Assembly (NCBI GenBank): GCA_964016885.1
Contig: OZ024741.1
Location: 7,254,001 to 7,318,000 of the forward strand
Length of the DNA: 64,000 nucleotides
Direction: 5' to 3'
Source of the DNA: Eledone cirrhosa
Lineage: Eukaryota
The number at the start of each line of letters is the position of its first letter. Positions within the stretch are counted from its first letter, which is position 1. A model generated the notes under the pieces. The model saw only the letters and a program-made list of their open reading frames with translations. It was not told the origin of the DNA and searched no databases. The position numbers were made by a program, and so were the translations under genes. Below are positions 61,801 through 64,000 of this stretch, piece after piece.

Positions 61801-64000
61801 CACAATGGTAAGGAGGTGTGTTGTGAAGGTCGGTGGTTTTAGTGGTTCGGGGTGATGGGTTCACAATGGTAAGGTGGTATATCTTGAAGGGGTGGTGGTT
61901 TAGTGGTTAGGAGTGATGGGTTCACAATGGTAAGGTTGTGTGAAGGTCGGTGGTTTGGTGCTTAGGGTTGAATGGTTCACAATGGTAAGGTGGTGTGTTG
62001 TGAAGGTCGGTGGTTTAGTGGTTAGGAGTGAGGGGTTAAGAATAGTAAGGTGGTGCGTTGTGAAGGTCGATGGTTTAGTGGTTAGGGGTGATGGGTTCAC
62101 AATAGTGAGGTGGTGTGTTGTGAAGGTCGGTGGTTTTGTAGTTAGGGGTGATGGGTTCACAATGGTAAGGTGGTGTGTTGTGAAGGTCGGTGGTTTAGTG
62201 GTTAGGGGAGATGGGTTCACAATAGTGAGGTGGTGTGTTGTGAAGGTCGGTGGTTTTGTAGTTAGGGGTGATGGGTTCACAATGGTAAGGTGGTGTGTTG
62301 TGAAGGTCGGTGGTTTAGTGGTTAGGGGTGATGGGTTCACAATAGTAAGGTGGTGTGTTGTGAAGGTCGGTTGTTTACTGGTTAGGGCTGATGGCTTCAC
62401 AATGGTAAGGTGGTGTGTTGTGAAGGTCGGTGGTTTAGTGGTTAGGGGTGATGGGTTCACAATGGTAAGGTGGTGTGTTGTGAAGGTCGGTGGTTTAGTT
62501 GTTAGGGGTGATGGGTTCACAATGGTAAGGTGGTGTGTTGTGAAGGTCGGTGGTTTAGTGGTTAGGGGGGATGGGTTCACAATGGTAAGGTGGTGTGTTG
62601 TGAAGGTCGGTGATTTAGTGGTTAGGGGTGATGGGTTCACAATGGTAATGTGGTGTGTTGTGAAGGTCGGTGGTTTAGTGGTTAGTGGTGATGGGTTCAC
62701 AATGTTATGGTCGTGTGTTGTGAAGGTCGGTTGTTTAGTGGTTAAGTGTGATGGGTTCACAATGGTAAGGTGGTGTGTTGTGAAGGTCGGTGGTTTAGTG
62801 GTTAAGGGTGATGGGTTCAAAATAGTATGGTCGTGTGTTGTGAAGGTCGGTTGTTTAGTGGTTAGGTGTGGTGGGTTCACAATTGTAAGGTGGTGTGTTT
62901 TGAAGGTCGGTGGTTTAGTGGTTAGGGGTGATGGGTTCACAAGGGTAAGGTGGTGTGTTGTGAAGGTCGGTGGTTTAGTGGTTAGGAGTGATGGGTTCAC
63001 AATGTTAAGGTGGTGTGTTGTGAAGGTCGGTGGTTTAGTGGTTAGGGGTGATGGGTTCACAATGATAATGTGGTGTGTTGTGAAGTTCGGTGGTTTAGTG
63101 GTTAGGGGTAATGGGTTCACAATGTTAAGGAGGTGTGTTGTGAAGGTCTGTGGTTTTAGTGGTTCGGGGTGATGGGTTCACAATGGTAAGGTGGTGTGTC
63201 TTGAAGGGGTGGTGGTTTAGTGGTTAGGGGTGATGGGTTCACAATGGTAAGGTGGTGTGCTGTGAAGTCGGTGGTTTAGTGGTTAGGAGTGATGGGTTCA
63301 AAATAGTAAGGTGTTGTGTTGTGAAGGTCGGTGGTTTAGTGGTTAGGGGTGATGGGTTCACAATGGTAAGGCGGGATGTTGTGAAGGTCGGAGGTTTAAT
63401 GATTAGGGGTGTTGGGTTCACAATGGTAAGGTGGTGTGTGGTGAAGGTCGGTGGTTTAGTGGTTAGGGGTGATGGTTTCACAATGGTAAGGTGGTGTGTT
63501 GTGAAGGTCGGTGGTTTAGTGGTTAGGGGTGATGGGTTCACAATGGTAAGGTGGTGTGTTTTGAAGGTCGGTGGTTCAGTGGTTAGGAGTGATGGGTTCA
63601 CAATTGTAAGGTTGTGTGTGGTGAAGATAGGTGGTTTAGTGGTTAGGGGTAATGTTTTCACAATGGTAAGGTGGTGTGTTGTGAAGGTCGGTGGTTTAGT
63701 GGTTAGAGGTGATGGGTTCACAATGGTAAGGTGGTGTGTTGTGAAGGTCGGTGGTTTAGTGGTTAGGGGTAATGTTTTCACAATGGTAAGGTGGTGTGTT
63801 GTGAAGGTCGGTGGTTTAGTGGTTAGAGGTGATGGGTTCACAATGGTAAGATGGTGTGTTGTGAAGGTCGGTAGTTTAGAAGTTAGGGGTGATGGGTTCA
63901 TAATGGTAAGGTGGTGTGTTGTGAAGGTCGATGGTTTAGCGGTTAGGGGTGATGGGTTCACTATAGTGAGGTGGTGTGTTGTGAAGGTCGGTGGATTTGT

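Larger units (their letters stand above)
11839..64000 (+). repeat. 60-bp tandem satellite, ~870 monomers, running off the right edge; monomer resembles a truncated tRNA/SINE head
   Basis: Consensus GTGAAGGTCGGTGGTTTAGTGGTTAGGGGTGATGGGTTCACAATGGTAAGGTGGTGTGTT (G27 T20 A10 C3). Head-to-tail, single orientation, typically 0-4 substitutions per unit, occasional 1-2-bp indels, no foreign insertions seen. Confidence 0.98.

Noticed and set aside
11806-63172. Val/Gly-rich repeat protein on the + strand (VKVGGLVVRGDGFTMVRWCV)n
   Set aside because: In-frame stops (e.g. 17395, 17812, 20386, 53539) and lone frameshifts are propagated through duplications. The ORFs follow from the 60-bp period.
11823-63961. 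Giant mucin-like protein on the - strand (NPSPLTTKPPTFTTHHLTIV)n
   Set aside because: The frame is broken by indels every few hundred to ~2000 bp. No unique domain or credible start is visible. Only 3 of 180 single substitutions in this frame create a stop, so long ORFs are expected without selection. Most variants change the amino acid.
11839-64000. CRISPR array or functional tRNA gene cluster
   Set aside because: No unique spacers and no cas genes, in a eukaryotic context. Units lack the T-loop remainder, the 3' acceptor strand, paired stems and a poly-T terminator.
11839-64000. Simple decayed (TTAGGG)10 origin of the monomer
   Set aside because: Only one exact hexamer and no 6-bp periodicity. 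The tRNA-head parse explains more positions and the array start phase.

Overview
Eukaryotic, gene-free repetitive DNA. The SINE and RTE terminal motifs and dense (TA)n suggest an invertebrate, probably an octopod cephalopod (inference from recalled repeat motifs, not searched). The window has two parts. (1) Positions 1-11,838 are a patchwork of (TA)n/(CA)n/(CT)n microsatellites. They host a 5'-truncated RTE LINE, a 5'-truncated frameshifted L1/Tx1-type LINE, tRNA-SINE fragments, hammerhead-like (Penelope-type) ends and three long inverted repeats: a perfect ~400-bp palindrome, a ~420-bp imperfect one, and a 2.27-kb fold-back element with a 90-bp miniature copy beside it. (2) Positions 11,839-64,000 are one uninterrupted array of ~870 copies of a 60-bp G/T-rich monomer (GTGAAGGTCGGTGGTTTAGTGGTTAGGGGTGATGGGTTCACAATGGTAAGGTGGTGTGTT) with kb-scale block duplications. 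The main observation is that this monomer maps nearly position-for-position onto nucleotides ~1-55 of a tRNA or tRNA-derived SINE head: A box, anticodon loop, AGGTC variable loop, and a T-arm cut inside the B box. The array starts just upstream of that 5' end. The many long ORFs in the array are a by-product of a 60-bp stop-free unit, not a supported gene.
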